From Octopus sinensis (Eukaryota), in contig NC_042997.1 of assembly GCF_006345805.1 (NCBI RefSeq), positions 107,508,001 to 107,572,000 on the forward strand: a DNA stretch of 64,000 bases, read 5' to 3'. Position 1 is the stretch's first letter, and each line of letters begins with the position of its first letter. The notes under the pieces were generated by a model. It was not told where the DNA came from, searched no databases, and was given only the letters and a program-made list of their open reading frames with translations. The position numbers were made by a program, and so were the translations under genes. Below, piece by piece: positions 29,776 to 42,011 of the stretch.

Positions 29776-31324
29776 GTAAGTTGTACTCTATTTGTTCTTT
29801 TACATGAAACAGTGTTTTAGAGTACATTGTTCTATAGATCTAGGAGTATCCTATCTATAGAGTACGTCATGTTATAGACAGGAATATTCTACAAATAGGT
29901 AGGAACATTGTGTTTATAAAGTATCCTCCGACAGACAGTCGTATTTAAACTAATGGGACACGGTGGCGTGTGTATTCTATTCTAATAGCAACGAATCCGA
30001 CAACTCGTTACAATGTCATAGACTACCGTTCGATATTCGTCCCGGTTTTCTTCGCTCTGAGTTCTGAGAGATGGCCACTTGTCGTCGCTGGATCTAACCT
30101 TATTCACGGCAAAAAGATTCAACAACAGCAGCAACAATAACAGCATCAGCCGCAACAACAACAACAACGACAATGACAGAAACAATGACGACACCGGCAA
30201 CATCGAGCATGGAGACAGCGACGACGGCGATGGTGATGATGGTGATGATGATGATGATGATGATGATAATTGAAATGTTTTTTCATCCTTGAAATGTTTT
30301 TTTCAGTGATTTTTGTGTTGAAGAAAAAAAAAATGGAACATAATATTCTTGAAGTATAGCTTCCAACTCGGCAGTTTTCCTACCAGCAAACTTATCTAGC
30401 TTCCAGTATGTTCTAGAGCTTCGCTTGTCTCAAGTGGAAGTTGTGATGTTCATGTCATTTCAGTTACGAGAACATTCGATCCTAACACCGATCTGTCCCT
30501 GTCCAGTTTCTCTTGTAGACGTCGAAGGTGGACATCATCTACATTAGCCTCACCTGCAAACATCATGGATTCCAATGACCAGCAATGTAACTGCACTGAA
30601 AAATAGTCGTAATAAATTCCCCGAAATCCGTGCTTTAAGATTCCTACTTAAACCGTTTCTTTTGATCCGTTCCTCGTCCGTTTCTCTCTGGTTTAGACGG
30701 ATGGCACAAATCACTCGCAATACCTCTTCTTTCTTGAAACGTGGAACAAGATTACATCATTGATAACAAGACGTTGTTTTTTTTTAAATCACTGATATCG
30801 AGATACGAACTCATAATCCTTTGGTCAGAAGGCCAGTGTCTTAGCCAGCTTCAACTCTACATTACTCTAATTCTGTTAAATATATTATAAGACTTGGCAA
30901 ATAGACTTAGTAACTGGGCTTGCAGCGATGTTTTAAAATCTGTTAGGATTTAATAAGTATCCTAAAGACACATATATAAAGATGGCTAAAAAATCTATGC
31001 AGTTTATATATGTGTCATAATATTCATATTAATCTGTTGTGTGAACTAGATTTAAAAAGATTTTTGTGAAAATATCAACATTCCAGCTGTTCTTTCCGTG
31101 TGACCTTTCTACGAATTTTCTATTAGATTATGAAATAAACAGAAGATTTATACAAAGACTGGCTATTCCAGTCATATGACTGTAATTGTCAGATAAGTCG
31201 ATTAATATCCTGCTTTTTGAAAAGCTGTGATCCATTTTCATTAAAAGTGTGAGTCGTGCACCTATAAAGCTAGTCAGAAAACGAAACACACACACACACA
31301 CACACAACACACACACACACACAC

Positions 31325-31480
<156 letters not shown>

Positions 31481-32179
31481 TAGAATAATAAAAAGAAAGT
31501 TCTTGGTACAGTATTATGTATTTGAAAAAAATTGAAAAGATTACTATTTTGGAGATAATTTTTATTTTAACATTATTCTAAAAACAGAAATTATCCCCCC
31601 AAAAGCCATCTCTACTAGTTTTTTCAAATATATATATATATATATATATACAAAATGGGACAAGAACGCAAAACGTCCGGACAATTAGGTGATACAAAAA
31701 GGGACAACAAAACATCCATTGTTTTTTTGTATTATTTTTGTATTTATATTCGTGTAACATCGTCCGTTTTCCCGTCCTTGTTTCGTATACATTCGAAAGC
31801 CATTTTCCAAGGAATCTAATGCTCTTCGCTTAGTTTTCCTTGGGGCTGGCCAGATTGGAGCAGTCTCAAGATTAATAAGCCGAAATTGCGAGGATGATCC
31901 GGTTCTTGACTGAAGATTAAAGGCTTCGAATGACCTGTCCGTGTTTTTTGTATCGTCTATCTGGATGTTTTGTTGTCCCTTTTTGTATCAACTAGTTGTC
32001 CGGATGTTTTGCGTTCTTGTCCCATTTTGTATTTTTTTATATATATAGCGACGTACGTACACTTTGTTCTCTGTTATATATATATAAAGATATGTTATAT
32101 ATATATATATATATATAATATATATATATATTATATATATATATATATAATTTATTAATAAAGCTGCAAAAACATCACA

Positions 32180-32225
32180 AAAGCTATTACTCAGACTTTC
32201 ACGTTCTCGTTCGTCGGACAGTTTT
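32180..32225 (-). ncRNA. Hammerhead-like motif, left-arm copy (partly decayed)
   Basis: AAAACTGT-CCGACGA-acg(agaa)cgt-GAAA-gtctga-GTA-atagctttt; stems I and III have mismatches. Confidence 0.5.
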
Positions 32226-32523
32226 GATTGAGAATGGGACAAAAATAAGGTTATATGTATAAATATAAAATTACGTTGATAAATACACATTTGAAATCGG
32301 TTTTGTTTCATTGGTCCTGTCAACTATCGGTCTTTTCAATAACCGGTTGTATGAAATTAAAATTACAATTTAAAATCATATTTAAAATCGAAGAAAATCG
32401 TACTTTAATTTCATACAACCGATAGTTGACAGGACCAATGAAACGAAATCAATTTGAGATGTGTATCTATCAATGTAATTGTATATTTATATTTATAACC
32501 TTATTTTTGTCCCATTCTCAACC

Positions 32524-32569
32524 AAAACTGTCCGACGAACGGGAGCGTGAAACTCTTAGTAACAGTTTT
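32524..32569 (+). ncRNA. Hammerhead-like motif, CCGACGA core, all stems intact
   Basis: AAAACTGT-CCGACGA-ACG(ggag)CGT-GAAA-CT(ctt)A-GTA-ACAGTTTT: 8-bp stem I, 3-bp stem II, 3-bp stem III. Confidence 0.75.
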
Positions 32570-32636
32570 TGTGATGTCTTTGCGGCTTTATTAATAAAGA
32601 ATATTACTCTACCTCCGGTTTTCTAGTGCTTACTCT

Positions 32637-32683
<47 letters not shown>

Positions 32684-32711
32684 AAATAAGCAAAAAGATA
32701 TCCAGAGGTAA

Positions 32712-32798
32712 TGCAGTACGATCGTTTCACGCAACTCCATTTTATTGAACAATGCAATCATTACATCAATTTAAAATGCAGAGCAATCTTCAGCTGCA
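32712..32798 (-). ncRNA. Minimal hammerhead-like motif, canonical CUGAAGA core, long stem II
   Basis: TGCAG-CTGAAGA-(58-nt fold-back)-GAAA-C-GATC-GTA-CTGCA; palindromic GATC tetraloop. Confidence 0.7.
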
Positions 32799-33412
32799 CA
32801 AAGACATAGAATTTACTTAAATTAGAACAGATGGACACATTAGTATAATTATACCTAAAATCTCCAAGAAGTTAAGGAGATAGACAAAGAACATGCTGTC
32901 TCACTCCAGTTTAGAAGTTACTGAATTTTCAAGAAGATATACATTGTTACAGACTCTGTCTGTCACAGATTTTTTTGTTTTTATGGGGTCAGTTTTAATT
33001 TATAGACTAGTTTATCAAATCCCTTGTATATCTAAGGTTGTGAGAACAGATCGTAGTATCTGTTAGGGGTAGGGCTGAGGGAGCAGACAGACATCATAGT
33101 TGGTAAAGATTTATTAGAAGCAATATCATGAGGTTTGGTAAAGGAAAACTTAAAACAAGATGTTAGCTGATAATTAAGGGGGTCACCCACTAGCAGACCA
33201 TTGATAATGAAACAAGGGAATTCTTATCATGTAGTACTATAGTTAAATATTTTAAACAATGTTGCTATATTGTATACAGTTAAAGTTTAGGGTTGTTTAA
33301 AAGATTATCAAGAAGAATGTTGTAACAAAAGGATAGAAATTTATGAATACTTTTGAGTATATACCAAACATTTTCCACAATAGATGGAGGAAAAGAAATT
33401 ATCCATTGTTTA

Positions 33413-33485
<73 letters not shown>

Positions 33486-33597
33486 TATATATATATATAT
33501 ATAATTTTAATCCAAACGGGAAAACAGAAAAAACAACAACACGTGGAACAATTACAGTATTATTATTAATAGGCGCTCAGGAAAGATGGAAGCAGGA

Positions 33598-33637
33598 AGG
33601 TATGACGTTTCGAGCGGAGCTCTTCGTCGGAAACATA
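33598..33637 (-). ncRNA. Minimal hammerhead-like motif, CCGACGA core, loopless stem III
   Basis: tatgttt-CCGACGA-a-GAGC(tcc)GCTC-GAAA-C-GTC-atacc; the ACGT palindrome can pair only in a dimer; stem I is decayed. Confidence 0.5.
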
Positions 33638-33863
33638 AAGAAGGAAGAGAGAGGAAAGAAAGATCCCAAGGTGGGCAACAAGAGGGAGAAAAAAAACGAC
33701 TGGTGTTTACGAAGTACACATGGTGAAAGGCGGAAGTTTACGATAACAAGAGCAAAGTAGGTTTTTAAAGCCAAAAGAGTGGAGACAGGGTTGGTAACGC
33801 AACAGATGTGTGTGTATGTGTGAGTGTGTGCGTGTGCGTGTGTGTATGTGTGTGTGAGGCGAG

Positions 33864-33894
<31 letters not shown>

Positions 33895-33959
33895 ATGAAA
33901 ATAGTAATGCAATACGAGAGTATTGCTTTCCAGTAAAGGATAGCCCGTGAGGGTAAAAT

Positions 33960-33990
<31 letters not shown>

Positions 33991-33998
<8 letters not shown>

Positions 33999-34175
33999 CA
34001 TTATTTCTAATTCTCTCTAAAGGAGACTACGGCAGCGGTACTGGATATTAATAGTTATCGCCAAGCTAACATGGCAGTCCAGATAAATAGGACGAATGCT
34101 GCCGTTGATTAGCTCCAAGAGACCAGTACCGCTACCGTAGTCTCCTTTAGAGAGAATTAGAAATAATGATATTTC
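33991..34175. repeat. Hairpin repeat with ~54-bp inverted arms (MITE-like or Penelope-terminal)
   Basis: AGAAATATCATTATTTCTAATTCTCTCTAAAGGAGACTACGG...CCGTAGTCTCCTTTAGAGAGAATTAGAAATAATGATATTTCT. The interior recurs inverted at about 34400-34478, and a relative lies at 14655-14738. Confidence 0.8.
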
Positions 34176-34268
34176 TATTTTTGAAAACCAGTGGATGTAT
34201 TCCACTGAATTTAGGTAAATAATCCTTCGAACTGTCGGTCAGCAGCGACGCCTGCTGGATTCGGCTAC

Positions 34269-34311
34269 TCCACATTGATAAGAGGCAAACACCTCGAAAC
34301 TTGTCTGTAGA
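34269..34311 (+). ncRNA. Minimal hammerhead-like motif, U3-A8 compensatory core
   Basis: TCCACA-TTGATAA-GAGG(caaaca)CCTC-GAAA-C-tt-GTC-TGTAGA; stem I pairs at 5/6 positions. Confidence 0.65.
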
Positions 34312-34488
34312 TGCCAGACCAGCAAGGGGAAGCTACTGACCTCCCCTCTTCGAAGGTTATAATGTGCACAGGTTTGTGTGTCACATAGCTAGCTAGAGGC
34401 GATGGCTTCTTGGAACTAATCAACGGCAGCATTCGTCCTATTTATCTGGACTGCCAAGTTAGCTTGGTGATAACTATTAATACACATG

Positions 34489-34541
<53 letters not shown>

Positions 34542-34548
34542 ACACACA

Positions 34549-34586
<38 letters not shown>

Positions 34587-35767
34587 TATATATATAAAAG
34601 AGTTGTGGTATATTCTGTTAAGAACGTAGCAGAGTACAGTATAAAGCTCGTCCACCGTCAGATTTCCCCCTGTGCTATCCAGTACTAGTATTATACATAC
34701 TTCCAGGTTTGCGTTTGGGCTTCTGTCGTGTGTGAATAGATAATTGAAAAAAATTGGAGTCAACAAGAAAGAGTACGGTTAGACATTTATTTTCAATCAC
34801 TACAATTGTTTCTGAGCAACGTAGTTCTCCAGGCCTGCTGGTACTTGATTATGCAACCCTTTCCCTGTATCATGAGAACTAGTTGTGTTTCCTCAGGCGA
34901 TATGTAAATATTGTAAATATAAGTTCAAATTCTCGGTTTCAAAAGCATTCGCTCTGTTTGTCGTGACCTGAAATTAGTAGTAGTTTTATCAAAGTGTGTT
35001 GTTGAAGGACATTTGGTCTAGAAGAAACACTGTCTAGAAGAAACACTGGAAATGATCACATCTAGGGAAAACGTTAAATACGCACCCTGAGGTGAGCATA
35101 TCTTGTAAAGATAAGAACAAATCATCATTTCTGGAGTTTGAAAAAAATATTTTGTTACGAAATAACACGTTATAGAAGAGCGAAGGAACCCAAACAAATA
35201 AACAAAGAAACCAATATTTGAGAAGCTTTACACTATACCAACAGAAACTGTGAAAAGGTCACCATATAGCATTTATCAATTCCGTCAACAGACACCACTG
35301 ATAAATATAGCCGAAGTACCTGATAACCTGTTGAGTTCAGAATTTACTAAAGATAGTCAGGCCTTAAACGAAATCAAACAAAAGAATGTACTATTCATCC
35401 TTAACATCCGCTGAATGGATAGCAAAATAAATCCAACGCCATCACACACACCTACATCCCCATGTAACTACCATTCCTTCCTCTATTCTCATAACCTTCC
35501 CTTCCTTCCCCCCAAACACACACAGAAATACCCATATTACTCACTTGACTTTCATACTGGTAAAATGGGATAAACATCCCTCTATTGTACATTACCTGAA
35601 GAAATGGATCAATAATGAGGATCAACCGGATGTCCACGGATACCACGGACAGCACTGTAATCATTACAGGAATATGGACTGTGATCTTAAGATTCATGTG
35701 ATTTGTGGAAACGCGTGTAGCGATGCATTAAATGCTTATAAATTCAATCCAAGGATTATTATTATTA

Positions 35768-35835
<68 letters not shown>

Positions 35836-35981
35836 TATCCTACATTATATTGGTACAACATGATGTAACCCCGAAAAGCTGTCTCATTAGTCATTCTCAT
35901 TAGACGTTGCCCAGCATAATGAAACAAATTTTGCCTATTCAAAATACTTCCCATAAACAAATTTGAAATATATATATATAG

Positions 35982-36038
<57 letters not shown>

Positions 36039-36112
36039 ACATATATATTATGTATGTTATATGTAAATAATATATAATATATAGAGCATATAATACATAT
36101 AAATATATACAA

Positions 36113-36785
36113 TACTAGCTGAGCAACCCGGCGTTGCCGGGCAACTTTTACAATAGAATGTCATATAAATTTTTGTTTATTCAATGTCAGACCATGCCTT
36201 CCCCGACAGATAGGCCTCTTGATCAGGACGGATTTGTGCAATTTTTTGCAAAAAAGCTTCATTGAGAATTTTTTCCTTTTAAAATTATTTACATGTCTGT
36301 TCGACTGTTTCACAAGACTTTATTCCTTAAAACTTATTAAAACTTCACTTCTTACAACTTTGGTCATCGTAATGCTTTGCTTTCGTTTTCTTTAACAAAA
36401 ATTACTCCTCGTAATAATTCTACTTTCATTTTGTAATAGCTATGATGCAGAAAATACCAGCTTCCAAATCCTGTTTTCAGATTAGGTAAAATTGATTAAA
36501 CTTTAACTCCTGTAACATCTTCCTGCAATTTTTCTGAAACAAATAATTAACAAAATCGGATTTAACGTGGAAAATTATTCTAATCTACCAAATCTGAACA
36601 TTTTGATGTAGTTTAAAAATTTCAACAAGAACAAAGAAGACCCTAAGTAGAGAAACAGACAGTTGTGAGATATCACACACACACACACACACACACACTA
36701 TGACAGTTAAAGATAACAAAGAAATAACGATTAGTAAGAAAGCATTTTAAGAGAGGTAGTGGATATTTTATGTTATTGATTATAG
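36113..36785 (+). mobile_element. Non-autonomous Helitron/Helentron-like element (tentative)
   Basis: Starts TACTAGCTGAGCAACCCGGCGTTGCCGGG, the same 5' motif as 55027; the end point is uncertain. Confidence 0.4.
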
Positions 36786-37374
36786 GACTTGACTGCCATT
36801 TTATTGTTTTATCGACCACTAAAGGTCAAATAAGCCTCGGCAGGATTTTAGTTGAAAACATAAGTAAATAGCGACTCTGTACTGTTTGTACAACAGCCTA
36901 CCCACCTAAAACTAATGCGATTGGAACAGGCGGACGAGTTTCAGTATCAAGGCGCATCTTTTTACACCTCGAGTTCAAACCTTACCGAGGTTGATTTCAA
37001 AGCATTCCATTCAATTCGAGGCTCCAGCGACTGCATGATTCGTTGTCCTCTCACCCCTCTCCCTCTCCTTTCTCTCTCCCATTTTTCTCTCTCTTCTCTT
37101 ACTCTCTCTGTCTCCACACACATACATATGTAGTGAAGGCACTTGACTCAGTGCTTTGAGTGTCAGACTCACCAATCATGAGGTAGTGAGTTCGATTCCT
37201 GGACTGGGCTGTGTTGTGTTCTGGAGCAAGACACTTCACGTTTCTAGGTGCAATCTCATGGCCATTCATGACCGAAGGGGAATTTTATCCTTGTATGTGT
37301 GTGTGTATGCATATATATGCGCTAAAAAGAACGCCGGGGAAGGTTGCGATTTTTAACAAGCATGACTTTTATTT

Positions 37375-37407
<33 letters not shown>

Positions 37408-37608
37408 ATATATATGTACATACATATGTGTGTGTATGCATGCATACATACATACATATATATGTGTGGAGAGTGCATGGCTTAGTGGTTAGAATGTATT
37501 CATGATTGTAAGCTTGTGGATTCGGTTCCTGGATATATATGTATACATAAATACACACATACACACGCACACACATATATGTGTGTGTGTGTACATGTAT
37601 GTATGCAT

Positions 37609-37681
<73 letters not shown>

Positions 37682-37689
37682 TGTTCCTT

Positions 37690-37925
37690 CTCGAGCCATG
37701 CCTGGCTCGCAAGGACCGGTTTCCCGGTTTCCTTGGCGTATAGGTTCCCCACCTCGACAGGTCGCCGGTCCGTCGCAGATGAGCTGCGAGATGCAGGAGG
37801 TAAGAGTGAGAGAAAGTTGTGGCGGAAGAGTCAGCAGAAGTTCGTCATTACCTTCTGCCGGAGCCGCGTGGAGCTTAGGTGTTTTGCTCATAAGCACACA
37901 CATTGCCTGGTCTGAGATTCGGATC
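37690..37925 (-). mobile_element. tRNA-derived SINE related to 12912-13292, with a different 3' body
   Basis: Shares GTGGAGCTTAGGTGTTTTGCTCA and GTGAGAGAAAGTTGTGG segments. Confidence 0.65.
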
Positions 37926-37934
37926 CGTGATCCC

Positions 37935-38360
37935 TCGACATGAGCAGGATGAAACAGTGAACCACATCTTAACAGGATGCACAGCGCTTGCAAAAACCAA
38001 ATATATTCATAAACACGATCGAGTAGCGCAATATATCCATTGGAAGATATGTAAACACTACCAGCTTCCAACTTCAAAAAGATGGTACCAGCATAAACCT
38101 GACCGGAAAAGATGATGTAACAGTACTCTGCGACATGCCTATCAACACCGATAAAGAAATCAAGGCAAACAGGCCGGACATAATCATCAAAGATGGGAAG
38201 AATAAGAAATGCTTAATGTGACAGTACCATCAGAGAGAAATGTGACCATTAAGGAAGTTGAGAAGTTAAGTACAAGGACCTAGAAATAGAAGTGATCAAG
38301 ATGTGGGGAATGAAAGCAGCACAGCACTTTGAGTGATTGGAGATTTAGGGTTAATTAAAA
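37935..38360 (+). mobile_element. R4/Dong fragment (CCHC and RLE)
   Basis: [34 protein letters not shown]...NRPDIIIKD...KYKDLEIEV. Confidence 0.85.
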
Positions 38361-39390
38361 GCAACTTCACATGTGCTTCGGAGAACCTGATATACGCACT
38401 AACCTACTCTGGGTGTCAAGAGCAATACATAAGCCAAACAAAAACCAGTCTACGTAAAAGAATGGCCCTGCACAGACCCCAGATCAAAATTCCCCAAAAC
38501 GGAAAAATAGCATTCGGCCAACACATCAACATTTGTGTCAATAACAAAAATCCAAGCTTCAGAATTTTCCCCCTCAAGCAATTCAGGTACGATACAACTT
38601 GTAGCCAACGAATTAGTAAAGAGACTCTCTTTATTACAAAATACAGATCCCTTTTGAACGTGTCTACAACAAACGACATATCCACCACGACCTTAGAATA
38701 ACACAAACACACACGCAAATATTAAAAATGATACACTCAAGAGATTCCCAGGAATTCATTAAAAAGCAGTCCCAATCATTGCTATAATCCATAACGAGTC
38801 ACTTTTAGGTCATTTGACCATTTAACACCCTACTACTATCATACTACCTACATTCCTTCTTATTCTCCCTTCTCTTTCTCCTTCTTCTTCGTCTTCTTCC
38901 TCTCCGCCACCTCCTTCCTAACTTTATCACTATTGCTGTTTAGAATAACACCTACGCAAATTTTATAAGCAATACATTCAAAAGAGATGTCTCAAGAATT
39001 CAATCACTACTACCATCCACAACGGGTCACTTTCAGGGCACTTGACCATTTAACATACTACTATCATGGCACTCCCACATTCTTCTTCTTCTTCTTCTCT
39101 TCTTCTTCTTCTTCTTCTTCTTCTTCTCTTCTTCTTCTTCTTCTTCTTCTTCTTCCCTACCGAGAATTCACAACGACCTGGAACCCACAAGAGTAAACAA
39201 GAGAGACAGAAACAGGCAGAAACAAGGAAAATGCCCCTTATATTTGAACACTATACAAATATTCTTTTAGAAAACTTTTCTTTTAATTTTTCCAAAATTT
39301 AATTGTTTTCCATACTTACAGTTGAAAAGTCTGAATGACTGAAACCGGTACTGAACCGTTTTTTATAAAATTATTTTAGCATTTTCTACC
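38361..39390 (+). mobile_element. Penelope-like element, GIY-YIG domain plus 3' UTR
   Basis: NFTCASENLIYALTYSGCQEQYISQTKTSLRKRMALHRPQI...RISKETLFITKYRSLLN. Confidence 0.8.
39319..39353 (+). ncRNA. Minimal hammerhead-like motif, UUGAAAA core, ACCGGU palindrome
   Basis: CAG-TTGAAAA-GTC(tgaat)GAC-t-GAAA-CCG-GTA-CTG, at the 3' end of the co-oriented Penelope fragment. Confidence 0.5.
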
Positions 39391-39744
39391 TTGACTTTTT
39401 TTCACATATATTAACTCGTGTGTTCCTTTTCAACCTTCTACATACATACATACACACACACGCACACGCACACACACACACACAACACACACACACACCA
39501 CACACATATATATATATATGCTTACATACATATATGTGGAGGCGCAATGGCCCAGTGGTTAGGGCAGCGGATTCGCGGTCATAGTTTCTTGGTTCCTTGT
39601 CTGGAAGGTTCTCAGAACCCAACCAGCCAGTCTTCTGGATACTGTTACCATTTTGTTGATATGTGTGTGAAATGAGGCATTGTTGCTCATTTCTGTTCCA
39701 AGATCACGCACCGGATTTGATTCTGGGATCGTTGCTCCACTTGG

Positions 39745-39985
39745 TCCAACTTACTGATGTGTTGATTCCTGAGCAGTGCTTAACTGGTAGCAGAGGGCCT
39801 GGAATTTATTTGCATCAAATTGCATGTTGTTATCCTCAGCCCATCTATAGATGGCATCTAGATTTTTCTGCAGGAGCGTGGCGTCAGAGGTTTCCTTGAC
39901 TGACTGTACGACTTTTGTGTCGTCGGCATAACTGGTAAGCATGGCTGCCTCTGTCACAAATGGCATATCTGCGATAGGGCTACCA
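39745..39985 (-). mobile_element. CR1/L2-type LINE RT fragment
   Basis: [13 protein letters not shown]...LLQKNLDAIYRWAEDNNMQFDANKFQ. Confidence 0.8.
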
Positions 39986-40032
39986 TGAAAAGCATATATT
40001 ATATATATATATATATATATATACAAATACGT

Positions 40033-40134
<102 letters not shown>

Positions 40135-40620
40135 CATGTATATAAACACACATATATGATATATATATATATTTATATATGTTTATGCACATATGGGTGT
40201 ATGTGTACGAACTAAGCTTCTAAGAAGCTTTAGATTGAACAACTCCGTTTGTGTTATTCCTGTCAATTCGTTGACAGCTGCCGCCGTGTAGTTTTTCTCT
40301 TGCATTACAAATCAAATATCGATAGTTCATTTCTGTTTTCTTGGTTATTCCCTTCCATGTTGAGAAGAAACAGTTATTACGAACCAATTGTGTAATGGAA
40401 GAGCAACGACCGCTGTTACAACACTCACAGCTAAATCGACTGACCTACTTAACTATAATCGTATTCCGTTAGAATAAAACTTTTAATCCGGTCTTGTTAT
40501 TTCTATCTTGTGATCTGTTGTTATATTCTTCACCATCCATCGATTGCTAGAAACGTTTTATTATTATTATTATTATTATTATTGTTGTTGTTGTTGTTGT
40601 TCTTGTTGTTGTTATTACTA

Positions 40621-40929
40621 CAGGTTTTGTTGGAGCTCTTTATCGCAGGTTTTGTTGGAGTTCCTGGAATTTTGCATGCATAGCGAGCTCACTACCTGCA
40701 GCCTATGGTGCCATGCTATCCGTTCTTTTCAGCTATCTAATACTTTCCTGATTATTCTGGTCGTGTTAAGGAGGCAACCCTTTTGCAACAGTTCTACTGG
40801 ACACTCTATTACAATTTCCTTTATATTCCTCTTGATATTTTGATACTGTTCCCAAGAGCCCAACAATAATTGGCACTATCTTCACCTTCTTCATTTTCCA
40901 TAGCCTGGCTATTTCGTACTTAAGAGGTT

Positions 40930-40981
<52 letters not shown>

Positions 40982-40990
40982 CCTATCTAC

Positions 40991-41056
<66 letters not shown>

Positions 41057-41092
41057 GTCTGTGTGCAGCCCTGTGTGGCTAATAAAGAAACA

Positions 41093-41171
<79 letters not shown>

Positions 41172-41922
41172 TCTTCTTCCTTCTTGACTATTCGTGGGTC
41201 AAAGGGGCATGCAACATCAACTATATAGCACATGTGGTGCACCTTATCCACTACCACTAGGTCCGGTCTGTTATTCTCTAGCACCTGATCTGTTCGGATT
41301 GGGAAACCTCAGAGGATTTCGCTAGCCTCCGACTCTGCCACTCTCTGCGGTCTGTGCTCATACCACGTCTGAGCTCTATCCCCCACTTTTCGCGCTACCT
41401 GGTTTCGGGAAATTCTAGGGCATTCGTTTGTGATATGGGCAATGGTCCCATTCACTCTATTGTAGATGCGACACAGCAGAGACACTTGCTCATTCGTGGC
41501 CAAAGCTTAGCCCTGCATTGCCAGTATAGTACTTTCGGTTTTTTTTTTTTGGTTCCTTTCATTAACCAATCTCACCTATTTTTCCCCAGCAACTTCTGTT
41601 GTGGTTACATGGAATTCATTGTGTAGTCTCTTGTTGCGTAATTCTTCTTCATGTCCTTTTTTGTACTTCTTCCTTTGTTTTCCTCTTTTTTCTCTGCTTT
41701 CAATACTTCCTTGTTCCTGTCACTAGCAAGGTTTCGTTACTTTGGGCCAGGTATCTCATTAAGCTCTCGAGTTCGATACGTAGGCAGTCTTCCACACTTA
41801 TCAGTCCTCTTCATCCAGTTGCTCTCTTCATGTATAGGCGATCAGTGTCTGCACGTGGATAATCGGCTTCATGCATCGTTAGGAGCCTTCTTGACTTCCT
41901 GTCCATCTCCCTTAGCTCCTCC
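40621..41922 (-). mobile_element. R4/Dong family B, second copy, interrupted by (TCTA)n
   Basis: Homologous to 8781-9860 (same 3' UTR: CTACCTGCAGCCTATGGT.CCATGCTAT). Trinucleotide repeats on both sides. Confidence 0.85.
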
Positions 41923-41949
41923 TCCTCCTCTTCCTATTATTATTATTAC

Positions 41950-42010
<61 letters not shown>

Positions 42011-42011
<1 letters not shown>

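Larger units (their letters stand above)
32152..32598. repeat. ~450-bp diverged inverted repeat (fold-back), each arm carrying a hammerhead-like motif
   Basis: The left arm (about 32152-32370) is the reverse complement of the right arm (about 32405-32598), with substitutions. Confidence 0.85.

Noticed and set aside
31850-31945. CTGAAGA...GAAT and CTCAAGA...GAAA inside an inverted repeat
   Set aside because: Neither gives a complete core with closing stems.
34796-34836. CTGGAGA...GAAAC-AATT-GTA on the minus strand
   Set aside because: It has the palindromic stem III, but the essential A6 is mutated and stems I and II do not pair; probably a decayed PLE ribozyme, not counted.
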